This document shows positions 48,567 to 58,089 of a DNA stretch of 64,000 nt, one piece after another. The notes beneath the pieces were generated by a model. That model worked only from the letters and a program-made list of their open reading frames with translations. It searched no databases and had not been told where the DNA came from. The stretch spans positions 8,062-72,061 of IMG/VR virus record IMGVR_UViG_3300032323_003201, one strand, 5' to 3'. Position numbers and translations under genes: made by a program. Positions within the stretch are counted from its first letter, which is position 1; every line of letters starts with the position of its first letter. This DNA is from a virus.

Positions 48567-49100
48567 TCAAATTTGATCTAGCACCTTAATGAAATCAGGC
48601 AAGAGGTTAGCAAGCATGGGGATTGGTTTACCTACTGCAAGCAAGTCAGCCTCTGTGAAGCTCTTCTTTTCATAATCCCTAAATTTGATCCATGGACAAA
48701 TAAACCACTTATTATCTAGTCTCACAAGCACAACTGCAATTTGTCCCCAAGATACTCGTCTATCAAGTTGTTCCCACTGGTAAGGGTCAATCGCACTCTT
48801 TTGGATTCGTAAGCCTTCTCTTGATTTGCATTCTAAATAGCCAGCTTTCCCACTAGGTAGCCAAATCTCAAAATCACAGCCAGCTTTTTCACTATATACT
48901 GCATGAAAGCAATTTTTGCCACTACCTACTCTTTTATAAGGCTCATGTCTCTTACACAGCTCTGCAATCCCATGCTGTAGGTAGAATGCACCAATCTCTA
49001 AGATTTGTTCCTCTGCTGTCTTACCTTGTCTTTGTGCACGCAAGCCTGCTGCACTTTTCTCTGTCAATTGCCTTGGCATAAACCCTCTTCTCTTATTCAT
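48567..49100 (-). CDS. RecU-like Holliday junction resolvase (PD-(D/E)xK)
   Basis: GKTAEEQI...Y...GIA...K...P; CDF; GYLECKS; Q...L motifs. Confidence 0.75.
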   Translation of the reverse strand: MNKRRGFMPRQLTEKSAAGLRAQRQGKTAEEQILEIGAFYLQHGIAELCKRHEPYKRVGSGKNCFHAVYSEKAGCDFEIWLPSGKAGYLECKSREGLRIQKSAIDPYQWEQLDRRVSWGQIAVVLVRLDNKWFICPWIKFRDYEKKSFTEADLLAVGKPIPMLANLLPDFIKVLDQI

Positions 49101-49469
49101 AGCTTGTCCTTTCAAATCGTTGAACATGATCTAAGGATACAATAAATTGACTATATACAGGCTGGCTATTTGAGCAGAGATTAAAAATAATGCCTTTAAT
49201 CTTTTAGGGGGGGATAGGTATCTTTGGGGGGGTGCTTTTGACTAAAAAGGCAGTGAATTTGACTAAAAAAGGCATGGAAAGCTTAAAATTTAGGGTCAAA
49301 AAGAGGGGGGTAAATTGACCATTTTGGCAAAAATCAGAGCCTTGCTCAAAAACAGACACCCCCCCCATGCAAAAATCATGTGTGATTGAGCGAATAGCAC
49401 AGTATAGATAAACCCTTGAATTACAATATATTTTACCATGTGATGGACATTAACTTTATCATGGGGGGT

Positions 49470-49820
49470 ATGATGGGGGGGGTGGGGGTGTGTATACCTC
49501 TTCTAAAAAAATATTTTTCTAAATATGACTACACAAAAAAATAAAAAAATATTTCTCATCATCAAATAAAAATACCCCCCCCTCCCCCCATGTATACAGT
49601 GTTATTAAATAATCAATGTTTTCAACTACTTAGAGATGATAGAAAGATATGTAAATGGGGGGTGGGGGGGGTACTCCCTCATGAAAAGTGGTAAAAGTGC
49701 CAAATTATCCCCCCTTTTTTGACCCTAAAAATGACAGTTTTTTGATGAAATTTGATACTTTTTGATAGATTTCCATCACTTTTTGAGCCTTTTTTAGCCT
49801 TATCCCCCCCTTTTTTGACT
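49470..49820. repeat. Right arm of the long imperfect inverted repeat (G/C-tract element; candidate origin region)
   Basis: Reverse complement of 8650-9000, inside an ~830-bp divergent intergenic gap that has further G/C tracts at 49207-49366 and 49851-49860. Confidence 0.92.
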
Positions 49821-49973
49821 ACATGGTGGCACAGGTAGGAAGGCAACAGCCACCCCCCCATGCAAGTCAAGTAAGAGAAAATTTTGTTAAAAAAACAGTG
49901 AAATTATATATAGATTATTATATACTATTGATTGAGCATTCTATAATTAGAGTATAACAAACAGGAGCTTACT

Positions 49974-50177
49974 ATGAGAGCAGAAAAACATTCAATGATT
50001 GTTCTACTGGATTTTGCTAGAGCAGAGGTTTATAAGTCATGTGCTAAGGAGCAAAAGAAAAACCTAAGCAATTGGGTTAGACTTGTGCTTGATAAGGCAT
50101 GTAGACAAGCTGGTAAAGAGCCAGAGCAATGGCTAGAAGAAGAAACTGAGCATGCTCTTACTACCACAGAGGAATGA
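49974..50177 (+). CDS. Small DNA-binding protein, ribbon-helix-helix-like
   Basis: Beta strand MIVLL, then helix...AKEQKKNLSNWVRLVLD; RBS AGGAG. Confidence 0.5.
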   Translation: MRAEKHSMIVLLDFARAEVYKSCAKEQKKNLSNWVRLVLDKACRQAGKEPEQWLEEETEHALTTTEE

Positions 50178-50751
50178 TATCCCCAAGTGGGTTAGGGAGC
50201 ATAAGGCTATAAAAGAAATCCCTGCTGATGATCGTGAGGTGCTTTCACTACATGAGCAGATATGTGAGAAAGAAGCAGAAGCACTACTTAAATATCATAA
50301 AATGCTTGCAGAAAATCCATTTAGGGAAGAGGTAAGAATAAGCCAGCACTACATGATAAACAAGCTCAAGAAAATGCAAGCAATGGTTAAGGATAGGTTA
50401 GTGATTGAGCTGACTAAATATAGAATGGTGGAGCATGATAGCCTAGTTTTGTGTCATAGTGTGGATGAGAGCTTGGTGGATGAGCATATTAAGAGGTGCA
50501 TAGCCTATCGTGTATCAGCACCAGTAGTGCATTTCATCTTGATATCCCATAAATTTGCTAAGAAAATTGCATTATTGGAAGAAGAATTAGTCAAGTACAA
50601 GCATAAATCCCTTGATGAAGAGGTAAAAGAAGTGTATGGACAGGTGAGCATGTACAAGGATGTGCGTGAGGCACTAGAAAAATACATGGGTGGACACACA
50701 AATAAAGACATGAAATTGCTTGCAGATCGTCTGTTTCCACAGCATACATAG
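50152..50751 (+). CDS. Hypothetical protein
   Basis: 199-aa helical ORF. Confidence 0.65.
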   Translation: MLLLPQRNDIPKWVREHKAIKEIPADDREVLSLHEQICEKEAEALLKYHKMLAENPFREEVRISQHYMINKLKKMQAMVKDRLVIELTKYRMVEHDSLVLCHSVDESLVDEHIKRCIAYRVSAPVVHFILISHKFAKKIALLEEELVKYKHKSLDEEVKEVYGQVSMYKDVREALEKYMGGHTNKDMKLLADRLFPQHT

Positions 50752-50767
50752 AGCAAAGAACATGTTA

Positions 50768-50893
50768 TTTATGCGAAATGTCCCTTTCGTATAAAATACC
50801 CTCTTGTATAAAAGCTAATTTAAAGCATTTAAATGCACTTTCAGAGCTACCTACCTTTCATATAAAAAAGATATGCCACTATATACGAAAGGC
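50768..50893. promoter_or_regulatory. Candidate serine-resolvase res site (array of half-sites)
   Basis: TTTATGCGAAA-N6-TTTCGTATAAA (50768-50795), plus CCTTTCATATA (~50854) and TATATACGAAAGG (~50880). Confidence 0.55.
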
Positions 50894-50948
50894 CTGAAAT
50901 ATTGACTCACTCATGTGTTACATAAGTGTATTTCACAAGGATTTTACT

Positions 50949-52355
50949 ATGGATGAAAACACACTCTATAAGATAGCAGAGCTACTTCGTGGGAAGCTCA
51001 AGTCAAGCGACTATGCAGATTACATTTTGGCACTTGTTTGCTACCAAAGCCTTTGCTTGCTAGATGACATGCACAGGGACACACCAGATCAAATGTTTTT
51101 CAATATCCCAATCATCTTGAATGTGAGAAGCATAATTGATGCCTTCAAAAGAGACCCTGACTATGACACCATTGATGCATTACAACAAGCCTTTGCCTAT
51201 ATCCAAGACAAGCTAAGACAGTATGATGATGACTATGCCTCTATCTTTGATAGCTGTGTCATGGATCATGCAAGCTTGGGTGCAACTAGAATGCAAAGGA
51301 ATAGAACAATTGAGCCTATTCTTATTCATTTGAATAGTGCAGTGCACTCACAATCAATGAGTAACTTGGGGGATATCTATGAATTTTTTATCAATCATTT
51401 TGCTCAAATCAATCGTGGCTTTGGTGAATTTTACACCCCCAAGGAGATTGCAGAATTACAGGTTGAGCTATTACTAGATGATAGTGTGCAATCTGTGTAT
51501 GATCCAACCTGTGGATCAGGTGGCTTGCTCCTCCAAGCGATTAAGAAAAATGACAAGCTCAAGGTTTATGGACAAGAGCTTAACAAGTCAACATTCAATC
51601 TATCAATCATGAATTTGATGATGCATGGCCTACACCCATCCCAAATGAGTATAAAGCATGGTGATGTTTTGGATAACCCCATGCACATAGGCACTTCCTT
51701 TGATTTGATTGTGGCAAATCCCCCATTCTCTGTCTCTTGGAATGCAGACAAGCACAAGGATGAATTGAGATTTCCTATACTTGCACCCAAAGGCAAGGCT
51801 GACTTTGCATTTGTGCAGCATATCAGCTGGTACTTGAATGATTATGGTAAAGCGTCAATCATCTTGCCTCATGGTGTCCTCTTTAGGGGTGGGAATGAAG
51901 GGAAAATTAGGCAATGGTTTATTGACAACAATTTGATTGATTGCTTAATTAGCTTGCCACCCAACACCTTCTATAGCACAAGTATACCAACCTGCATGAT
52001 GATCCTACGAAGAGGAAGGGAAATAGACGCACCTATTCTATTCGTTGAGGCTAAGACTGAATGTGTCAAGGATGGTAAATTCAATCGTATTATCAAGGAT
52101 AGGATTTTAGATGTGTATGCTCATAAAAAAGAGATACCTGGATTTTCTAAGCTTGTAGAAAAGTCTGAAATCGTGCAGAATGAATATAACCTAAACTTTC
52201 CTAGATTTATCAGCACCTTTGAAGAAGAAGAGCAGATAGACTTAGAGAAGGTCATCCTAGAAACCAATGCTACAACTCAATCGATTAAGCACCTTACAAG
52301 CAAGATCAATGAGCATTTCAAGGCAATGGGTCTTAAAGTATTTTTGGAGATTTAA
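50949..52355 (+). CDS. hsdM: Type I RM-like N6 methyltransferase subunit (NPPF), orphan
   Basis: GEFYTP, YDPTCGSGGLL, YGQE, VANPPF, PHGVLFRGG, YNLN..R and a C-terminal coiled coil. Confidence 0.92.
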   Translation: MDENTLYKIAELLRGKLKSSDYADYILALVCYQSLCLLDDMHRDTPDQMFFNIPIILNVRSIIDAFKRDPDYDTIDALQQAFAYIQDKLRQYDDDYASIFDSCVMDHASLGATRMQRNRTIEPILIHLNSAVHSQSMSNLGDIYEFFINHFAQINRGFGEFYTPKEIAELQVELLLDDSVQSVYDPTCGSGGLLLQAIKKNDKLKVYGQELNKSTFNLSIMNLMMHGLHPSQMSIKHGDVLDNPMHIGTSFDLIVANPPFSVSWNADKHKDELRFPILAPKGKADFAFVQHISWYLNDYGKASIILPHGVLFRGGNEGKIRQWFIDNNLIDCLISLPPNTFYSTSIPTCMMILRRGREIDAPILFVEAKTECVKDGKFNRIIKDRILDVYAHKKEIPGFSKLVEKSEIVQNEYNLNFPRFISTFEEEEQIDLEKVILETNATTQSIKHLTSKINEHFKAMGLKVFLEI

Positions 52356-52358
52356 AGA

Positions 52359-52601
52359 ATGATGATGTTGTCTTATCTAGCCTTATCAGTTTTGAATGCA
52401 CTACTTGTGCTTATCACAGTATCACCCTTCATCAAGATGACTTGGGAGCTATCCTATGCTTATGATGACAAGTGGCTCATCACCTGCATGATCCTTTGTA
52501 TTGGTGGGTTACTTAGCCTATGCTTTCTTGCACCACTGGCAGTGTTTGGCACACTTGCTTGTCTCTACCTTGTGAATTTTATTGTTCAAAAAATCCACTA
52601 A
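52359..52601 (+). CDS. Small hydrophobic membrane protein
   Basis: 80 aa with 2-3 TM segments. Confidence 0.55.
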   Translation: MMMLSYLALSVLNALLVLITVSPFIKMTWELSYAYDDKWLITCMILCIGGLLSLCFLAPLAVFGTLACLYLVNFIVQKIH

Positions 52602-52651
52602 TTGAACAATAAACAAGCAAACTGTTCAAAAATCAACAGAATTGAACAATA
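52581..52651. repeat. Tandem pair of palindromic operator-like sites (40-bp period)
   Basis: ATTGTTCAA-N12-TTGAACAAT and ACTGTTCAA-N12-TTGAACAAT. Confidence 0.8.
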
Positions 52652-52703
52652 TGATATTAAGCCTTGTGTTATGTATTGCATTTTTTAAACACAAGGAGAC
52701 AAA

Positions 52704-53300
52704 ATGCCTATTCAAATTATTAAGCCAGATAGCGAAGACCAAAAGGCTATCTATGATAAGAAGATTTTCCTAGCAGGTAGTATTGAAATGGGTGCTGCTG
52801 TTGATTGGCAAAAGGAAGTAGAAGCTGTTTTTGCAAATCACTTTTACAAAGAAAGAAATAATAGTGCCACAGTCTACAACCCAAGACGAATTAATTGGGA
52901 CAGCTCATGGAAGCAATCTATTGACAATGAACAATTTAGAAATCAAGTTGAGTGGGAACTAAACAGGCTGTTCCAAAGCAATCTCATTTTCATGTACTTG
53001 GATGAAAACACTAAATCACCAATCAGCTTACTTGAATTAGGCTTGTATGCTCAAGATACCAAGCTGGTTGTTGTTTGTGGTGAGAATTTTTGGAGAAGAG
53101 GCAATGTAGAGGTAACTTGCAATTATTTTGATGTGCCTCTGATTATCCACAACCCAAGAGAAGAGAGCCTTACAGATCTTCTGATTGCGAATGAAATGAC
53201 CTTTTTGAAGATCTTGTACAAGCTTAACCAAACCCTTGAATACTTTAGCACAGTAGACCCAAACTTTTCTCTTCAAGCTTTGAAAAAAAAGATGCAATGA
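52704..53300 (+). CDS. Nucleoside 2-deoxyribosyltransferase-like protein
   Basis: IFLAGSIEMG..DWQ, YNPRR..WD, QVEWEL, SPISLLELG and FWRRGNV motifs. Confidence 0.85.
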   Translation: MPIQIIKPDSEDQKAIYDKKIFLAGSIEMGAAVDWQKEVEAVFANHFYKERNNSATVYNPRRINWDSSWKQSIDNEQFRNQVEWELNRLFQSNLIFMYLDENTKSPISLLELGLYAQDTKLVVVCGENFWRRGNVEVTCNYFDVPLIIHNPREESLTDLLIANEMTFLKILYKLNQTLEYFSTVDPNFSLQALKKKMQ

Positions 53301-53372
53301 AATAAGAATTTATGTGTTAATAAGATTGTCAGCTCGTCCTTTGTAGATGGGGAATAGAAAAAGAGAATCGTA

Positions 53373-54221
53373 ATGCGTAGCACCTTTGAGCTGACACTAA
53401 TTGATGACCAAGCAAAACCCTTTATTAAGTGGGTTGGTGGGAAAAGGCAGTTATTGCCAGAGATAAAACATTATTTACCTAAGCAATTTAATCAATATTT
53501 TGAGCCTTTCATAGGTGGTGGTGCATTGTTCTTTGAGCTAAACACGAAGCATGCAGTAATCAATGACTACAATATTGAATTAGTCAATGTATACAAAACA
53601 ATAAAGCATGACCATATTGCACTTATTGAAGATTTAAAGAAGCATAGAAACACAGAGGATTACTACTATGCTATTCGTGGGTTAGATAGGGATGAGCAAG
53701 CATTTGCCAGCTTGACAGGTATTGAAAGAGCAAGTCGATTTATCTATTTGAATAAGACAGGCTACAATGGTCTATATCGTGTGAATAATAAAAATCAAAT
53801 CAATGTGGCCTTTGGTGGATATGAAGCACCATGCATTTTAGATGAGAATAATATCAAAGCCTGTCATCATGCTTTACAAACCACAACCATTTTGCAAGGT
53901 GACTTTGAGAATATTAAAGGCTTAATTCAAAAGGGGGATTTTGTCTACCTAGATCCACCCTATGCACCTTTGACACCAACTGCAAACTTTGTGTCATATA
54001 CAGCTCAAGGCTTTGATCAAGCTATGCAAGAGAGAGTAAAGAATTTGTGTGATGAGATAGATAAAATAGGTGCTTATTTCATGCTATCCAATTCAAGTGC
54101 AGACATGATTTTAAATTTGTATAGGCACTATGATATTAAAATGGTTTTGGCAAATCGCAAGATTAATTGTGCAAGTGATAAAAGGGGAGCTGTCAAAGAA
54201 GTACTTGTGACAAATTATTAA
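53373..54221 (+). CDS. dam: Dam-family DNA adenine methyltransferase
   Basis: KWVGGK, EPFIGGG, NGLYRVN, FVYLDPPY and FMLSNS motifs. Confidence 0.92.
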   Translation: MRSTFELTLIDDQAKPFIKWVGGKRQLLPEIKHYLPKQFNQYFEPFIGGGALFFELNTKHAVINDYNIELVNVYKTIKHDHIALIEDLKKHRNTEDYYYAIRGLDRDEQAFASLTGIERASRFIYLNKTGYNGLYRVNNKNQINVAFGGYEAPCILDENNIKACHHALQTTTILQGDFENIKGLIQKGDFVYLDPPYAPLTPTANFVSYTAQGFDQAMQERVKNLCDEIDKIGAYFMLSNSSADMILNLYRHYDIKMVLANRKINCASDKRGAVKEVLVTNY

Positions 54222-54273
54222 AAAAACCCCTTGTGTGCAGTGTTAAATATGTGACTCACACACAAGGAAAAAA

Positions 54274-54873
54274 ATGTTAATTGGATATGCAAGAGTAAGT
54301 ACAGATGAGCAATCACTAAACCTTCAGATTGATTATTTAAAGCAAGTAGGCTGTGATAAAATATATGAAGAGAAAATGACAGGCAAGACAAAGGATAGAC
54401 CAGAGCTGAAGAAGGCACTCGCTAAACTAAAGAAGGGTGATACCTTAGTATGTCTCAAGCTTGATCGTCTAGGTAGATCCATGAAGCACCTAATTGATAT
54501 TGTTGATCAAATCAAAGAAAAGGGTTGTCATTTTAAGACAAGTGATGGCATAGACACAAGCACGCACATGGGTGTTTTTATTTTCCATATCTTTGGTGCA
54601 CTCGCTGAGATGGAATTAGGCATGATCAAAGAGAGAACAAGATTAGGCTTGAATGCAGCCAAAGCAAGAGGAAGGATTGGTGGCAGACCCAAAGGTCTAT
54701 CAAAAAGATTGCAAGGCAAGGCTGACACAATTATACACCTATACAAGCAAGGGATGAAAGCTTGTGATATTGCCACCACAGTTGAGATTGCTCATGCAAG
54801 TGTTTACAATTGCTTAAAGGCTCAAGGCATTACCTTAAAAACTAAAACTAAGAATGAGAACAATCATGAGTAA
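54274..54873 (+). CDS. Serine recombinase (resolvase/invertase family)
   Basis: IGYARVST..Q...Q, RPEL, GDTLV..KLDRLGRS, ERT..GL.AA.ARGR.GGRP and a C-terminal HTH. Confidence 0.95.
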   Translation: MLIGYARVSTDEQSLNLQIDYLKQVGCDKIYEEKMTGKTKDRPELKKALAKLKKGDTLVCLKLDRLGRSMKHLIDIVDQIKEKGCHFKTSDGIDTSTHMGVFIFHIFGALAEMELGMIKERTRLGLNAAKARGRIGGRPKGLSKRLQGKADTIIHLYKQGMKACDIATTVEIAHASVYNCLKAQGITLKTKTKNENNHE

Positions 54874-56191
54874 AAAAATATCTGAGAAGGTGGATGCACT
54901 TTACCATTCATATGCACAGCATTTTACACAAGAGCAAGTGGCTCAAATTATCCTACAATCACTTTTATTACAAATGACAAGTGGCAAGATTTATGACTCA
55001 CTAGATGCAATTAAAGAGAGCATAGGGAATGCACCAGAAGAATATAAAATGCTATTGAATACAGCTCTCTTTGATAAGTGGCAAGCTCTAGCAATTTATG
55101 AAGAAGCAAGCAAGTTTGATTTGAGTCGTGAGAGAGATGATTTGGGGGAAGTATTTGAGTATTTGATTAGTCGTGCAGATGCACAAAGACTAGGACAATT
55201 CTACACACCCCCAACACTTGCTAATTTACTCATCAAAATTTGTATGCTTGGAAGAGGTGATGAGCCTTTATCTATCTATGATCCAGCTATGGGAACAGCA
55301 GGCTTACTTGTGCTTGCTCAAAAATACCTAAAGAGAGATGATAAATTCTATGGTCAAGAGTTTAATTCAACAAGCTGGAAGATAGCACTAATCAATGCTT
55401 TACTTAATGGTATGAAATATGATTTTGGCTCAAATCCATGTAGTACATTCATTTGTGATATCCATGCAAATCAAAAAATGGATATTATCCTTGCAAATCC
55501 ACCATACAATCAAAAGTCATGGAATGATGGGATTGATATCCTAAAGGATGATAGATTTAAAGATATGCCACACCCACCATCAAGCAATGGTAATTTTGCA
55601 TGGATCTTACATTGCCTGCACCACCTAAAGGATGATGGGATAGCAAGCATAGTAATTGCGAATGGGTCACTAACAACCATGCAAAAGGATGAGCTTGTAG
55701 TAAGAAAATATTTAGTAGAGCATGACCTAGTGGAAGCTGTCATATCACTACCACCAAAGCTATTTACAACAACAAGCATATCTGCATGTGTATGGGTGAT
55801 AAATAAAGCCAAGAAAAAGAAGGGACATATTCTTTTTGTGGATATCGCAAGTGAAGGCAAGAAGATTAGTAGAAATCAAAATGAGCTTGATATACTGACA
55901 ATTGACCAAGTGGTTGATACAATAGGTAGGTGGAGAAATGGGGAAGAGATAGGCACAAGCTCAAAGTATGTGGATAAAAGCATAGAGGACACAAAAGAGA
56001 GAAGCTACAATCTAGCACCTGGTCAATACCAAGAGGTAGTAGTAGATAAGTGTGAGATGACAGAGGAAAGCTTTGTGGAAAAGATGACAAGGCTTATATA
56101 TGAATTTGACACACTATCTGATGAGAGTGAGAAGCTCACAAAGAGAGTAAGAGAAAATCTAAGTAGGTTAAGGTGGGAAAATGAAAAATAG
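54866..56191 (+). CDS. hsdM: Second type I RM-like methyltransferase subunit (NPPY), orphan
   Basis: GQFYTP, IYDPAMGTAG, YGQE, LANPPYN, PP.SNGNFAW, YNLAPG.Y and a C-terminal coiled coil; shortened N-terminus. Confidence 0.9.
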   Translation: MSKKISEKVDALYHSYAQHFTQEQVAQIILQSLLLQMTSGKIYDSLDAIKESIGNAPEEYKMLLNTALFDKWQALAIYEEASKFDLSRERDDLGEVFEYLISRADAQRLGQFYTPPTLANLLIKICMLGRGDEPLSIYDPAMGTAGLLVLAQKYLKRDDKFYGQEFNSTSWKIALINALLNGMKYDFGSNPCSTFICDIHANQKMDIILANPPYNQKSWNDGIDILKDDRFKDMPHPPSSNGNFAWILHCLHHLKDDGIASIVIANGSLTTMQKDELVVRKYLVEHDLVEAVISLPPKLFTTTSISACVWVINKAKKKKGHILFVDIASEGKKISRNQNELDILTIDQVVDTIGRWRNGEEIGTSSKYVDKSIEDTKERSYNLAPGQYQEVVVDKCEMTEESFVEKMTRLIYEFDTLSDESEKLTKRVRENLSRLRWENEK

Positions 56192-56250
56192 AAAGTGCTT
56201 GAATAGTTTTTAGATCTAATTGGTGTTTATCCTCATGAAGGAGGATAGCG

Positions 56251-56565
56251 ATGTTTACCCTATCAGATATCAAAGACAATTTGCTATTCACAAAGACAGC
56301 TCAGGCACTAACCCCAAGTGAAGAAGAACATGACTTTATTGGGTCAGTGTGCGTTGTGTATGATGAATTAATGAAGCTTGCCAAGGTGCAAGTCAATATG
56401 CTCAATTTCACAGGTTATCCACCCTGCATTCACCCCATGATAGAGGATTGTTTAGAGCTGGTGCTAAATACAATCTTACTTCTATCTGCTCATAATTCAC
56501 CCCATGTCATTTGTAGGCCTGCACTTAGAACGATTGCAGAGCAAAGACTAAGGAGAAGAAAATGA
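56251..56565 (+). CDS. Hypothetical protein
   Basis: Strong RBS AAGGAGG; 104 aa. Confidence 0.65.
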   Translation: MFTLSDIKDNLLFTKTAQALTPSEEEHDFIGSVCVVYDELMKLAKVQVNMLNFTGYPPCIHPMIEDCLELVLNTILLLSAHNSPHVICRPALRTIAEQRLRRRK

Positions 56566-57548
56566 TCCTTGATAGTAGTTATGACCAGAGAGCATTGGCA
56601 CTTGAGGACAAGCTCAAGGCTATTTTAAAAACAGAGGAAGTGCAACATATTGCAAAGCTCGTTGCACAATTAAACCAAGGCAAGCTCAAAAACCTAGATA
56701 CAGCGATTAATCGATTTAATAGGGTTTTAGAGAAAGAAGTGATTACTTGTGTGTTTATAGAGCATGCACCCATAGAGATAAAGGAGAAGCTCATGCTAAA
56801 GGAGCAAAACGATCTTGAATGCTTAAACCTACCACTTGAATTTAAAGCATTCCTACACCAACCTGTTGCAAGCTACCCAAGCAAGACAGCCTTAATTAGA
56901 GATGCCTTAAAAAATGATGTACTTGAGACATACACACAGGCTCAAATCTCAAGGCTTATGCAAGTGTCAGAGAGAGCTGTAAGATATGCACTTGAAACAC
57001 AATCAAACACAGCCAAGCAACCCCATGCCACAAAGATAAGTGATTTAGGTCAACAGCTTATTAAAGACCATGAATTTAAGGTGGGTCTTTTCCCATCCAA
57101 GCAAGCATGGATTAGAGCTGTACTTCAACATGATGAGTATAAGACTCTTAGGACAAGTGAGCTTGCTCATATTGGTGGTGTGGCTGATTGTAATGTTGCT
57201 GCTCAAAGAACAATCATTGAGAAGGGTCTACCACTTCCAAAGGATAAGATGAGAAAGGTTGAGCCAAAGGTAGAAACAAAGATTGAAACAATGATTGTTG
57301 AGCCAAAGCTTGAGCCAATTGAAGAAAAAATCATGGCACAGATTGAAGCACCACCAACAATTATGCAAGTGGATAATAAGGTGCTGGTTGAAGTGGTGGA
57401 TGTCGTACAAGTAAAAAAGATCGTATCAAAAACAACTGTGGAAAGTCTACTTGAATCCATGTATCCTGAAGGCATTCAAGTAAGTGATTTCCACAAGCTC
57501 TTAAAGGTAGTGAAGCACCTAAAAAGAGCGATAAAATCGAAGGGATAA
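56562..57548 (+). CDS. Hypothetical protein with duplicated HTH-like unit
   Basis: YPSKTALIRDAL...TQAQISRLMQVSERAV and FPSKQAWIRAVL...TSELAHIGGV. Confidence 0.65.
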   Translation: MILDSSYDQRALALEDKLKAILKTEEVQHIAKLVAQLNQGKLKNLDTAINRFNRVLEKEVITCVFIEHAPIEIKEKLMLKEQNDLECLNLPLEFKAFLHQPVASYPSKTALIRDALKNDVLETYTQAQISRLMQVSERAVRYALETQSNTAKQPHATKISDLGQQLIKDHEFKVGLFPSKQAWIRAVLQHDEYKTLRTSELAHIGGVADCNVAAQRTIIEKGLPLPKDKMRKVEPKVETKIETMIVEPKLEPIEEKIMAQIEAPPTIMQVDNKVLVEVVDVVQVKKIVSKTTVESLLESMYPEGIQVSDFHKLLKVVKHLKRAIKSKG

Positions 57549-57555
57549 AAGAGTT

Positions 57556-57756
57556 ATGGCAATTTATACACTGCACTGCAAAAAATGCCAAGCAGAAAGC
57601 ACTAAGAGAATGAACATGGATGATACTATTCCCCAAAAGTGCGATAGTATCAATCACAATGGGTGTGATGGTGAGCTGGTGAAGATTATCACAGGCTCAC
57701 AATTTGCTCTCAAAGGTGCAGGGTGGTTTAGGGATGGATATTTTAAACAGAAGTAG
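57556..57756 (+). CDS. FmdB-family zinc-ribbon protein
   Basis: MAIY..HCKKC...C...C...FALKGAGWF.DGY. Confidence 0.8.
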   Translation: MAIYTLHCKKCQAESTKRMNMDDTIPQKCDSINHNGCDGELVKIITGSQFALKGAGWFRDGYFKQK

Positions 57757-57810
57757 ATACAAAAAAATCTATATATACTAAGTCACTTTATCCAACCTTG
57801 AAGGTGACAC

Positions 57811-58083
57811 ATGATTGACCTAGATCAACAAATTAAAAATGCAATTACAAAGCTCTTTGACAGAGTAAATGAAATAGACAAAGACACTACCTACGAATTA
57901 CTACTTGAGCTAAATGACATTGGCAATGACTTGCTTACACTTGCCAAGCAGGGTGATAACTATAAGGCTCTTATTTTGGGGAAGATCAAGGATGAATGGC
58001 TAGAAAAGTTTGCTGTTATGCGTGTGCTTAAAAATATGCTCTCACCCACCATGATCGATATTGCACCCACAGACAAGAAATAA
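57811..58083 (+). CDS. Hypothetical protein
   Basis: 90-aa ORF with RBS AGGTG. Confidence 0.55.
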   Translation: MIDLDQQIKNAITKLFDRVNEIDKDTTYELLLELNDIGNDLLTLAKQGDNYKALILGKIKDEWLEKFAVMRVLKNMLSPTMIDIAPTDKK

Positions 58084-58089
58084 ATTTAA

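Noticed and set aside
54274-54873. Gin/Cin-type tail-fibre inversion switch
   Set aside because: The recombinase is far from the fibre genes, and I saw no short inverted crossover sites or inverted alternative fibre C-termini.
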